Both the position numbers and the translations under genes were made by a program. This document shows positions 54,617 through 54,731 of a DNA stretch of 54,731 nucleotides, in pieces (the stretch's first letter is position 1; the number at the start of each line of letters is the position of its first letter). The DNA lies in contig CAYGWQ010000003.1 in assembly GCA_964353465.1 (NCBI GenBank), positions 1 through 54,731 of the forward strand, given 5' to 3'. The stretch is from an uncultured Acidobacteriota bacterium. GTDB lineage: Bacteria > Acidobacteriota > UBA6911. The notes beneath the pieces were generated by a model. It saw only the letters and a list, made by a program, of their open reading frames with translations. It did not search any database and had not been told where the DNA came from.

Positions 54617-54671
54617 TGGGCCCGTTTCCTTTGCTCGCGAATCAATCCAATGCATGCAGCGCTACTAGTGT

Positions 54672-54689
54672 AGTTCCTGTCGCGAAACT
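54672..54689. promoter_or_regulatory. solo copy of the element end motif (AGTTCCTGTCGCGAAACT), 56-73 nt upstream of the PLP-enzyme start; operator or start of another element copy truncated by the window edge
   Basis: It matches GGTTTCTGTCGCGAAACT (copy C left end) at 15 of 18 positions. No hairpin unit follows in the 42 nt remaining before the window end. Confidence 0.4.
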
Positions 54690-54731
54690 CCCTTTTCGGA
54701 CCGAATCTTCCGCCAACCAGACCAATCATGT

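Noticed and set aside
54617-54731. Looked for a purine riboswitch or other known leader upstream of the catabolic string.
   Set aside because: No resemblance to the purine-riboswitch three-way-junction consensus was visible. Only the element-end-like dyad stands out.

Overview
High-GC bacterial chromosomal segment. The exported glycoside hydrolases, a Ser/Thr-kinase-TPR protein and the style of intergenic repeats suggest a soil Acidobacteria-like organism, but that is only a guess. All function calls come from motif recognition by eye; no searches were run.

Layout:
- 0-2.8 kb: two exported hypotheticals, then a scar made of two truncated insertion sequences (IS).
- 2.9-19.5 kb: a pectin / rhamnogalacturonan-I breakdown cluster. 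It holds a YetA/PL26-like protein, GH28, GH2, a GH106-like protein, an unassigned Tat-exported enzyme, a cytoplasmic GH105 and a sugar-phosphate isomerase. A 9-bp tandem repeat sits at the gene junctions.
- 19.9-20.6 kb: a vapBC toxin-antitoxin pair.
- 20.8-35.3 kb: mixed housekeeping and surface genes. These are a 2-hydroxyacid dehydrogenase, a CarboxypepD_reg-repeat protein, a DUF5666-repeat protein, a Ca2+/H+ antiporter, pyruvate kinase, an M24 peptidase and orphan secreted proteins.
- 35.4-39.0 kb: a zinc-ribbon Ser/Thr kinase with TPR repeats.
- 39.1-54.7 kb: a same-strand purine/pyrimidine-ring catabolic cluster. It holds adenine deaminase, an amidohydrolase, a dihydropyrimidinase/hydantoinase, an 8-oxoguanine-deaminase-like protein, YgfK, a molybdenum hydroxylase large subunit, an FAD plus 2Fe-2S fusion subunit and a TrpB-like PLP enzyme.

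Most interesting observations:
1. An in-frame TGA lies exactly at the first Cys position of a thioredoxin-fold CxxC motif and is followed by a SECIS-like hairpin. It joins two listed ORFs into one candidate selenoprotein (27729..29036).
2. A roughly 270-300 bp, highly structured MITE-like palindromic element is present as 3 full copies, 1 truncated copy and 1 solo end motif. Two copies bracket ygfK, and the truncated copy supplies the C-terminus of a CDS.
3. (TATTTCGTG)n 9-bp tandem repeats occupy stereotyped positions between the glycoside hydrolase genes.
4. The YgfK / Mo-hydroxylase cluster has a non-E. coli domain arrangement and an unassigned PLP enzyme.

No rRNA, tRNA or CRISPR array was seen.
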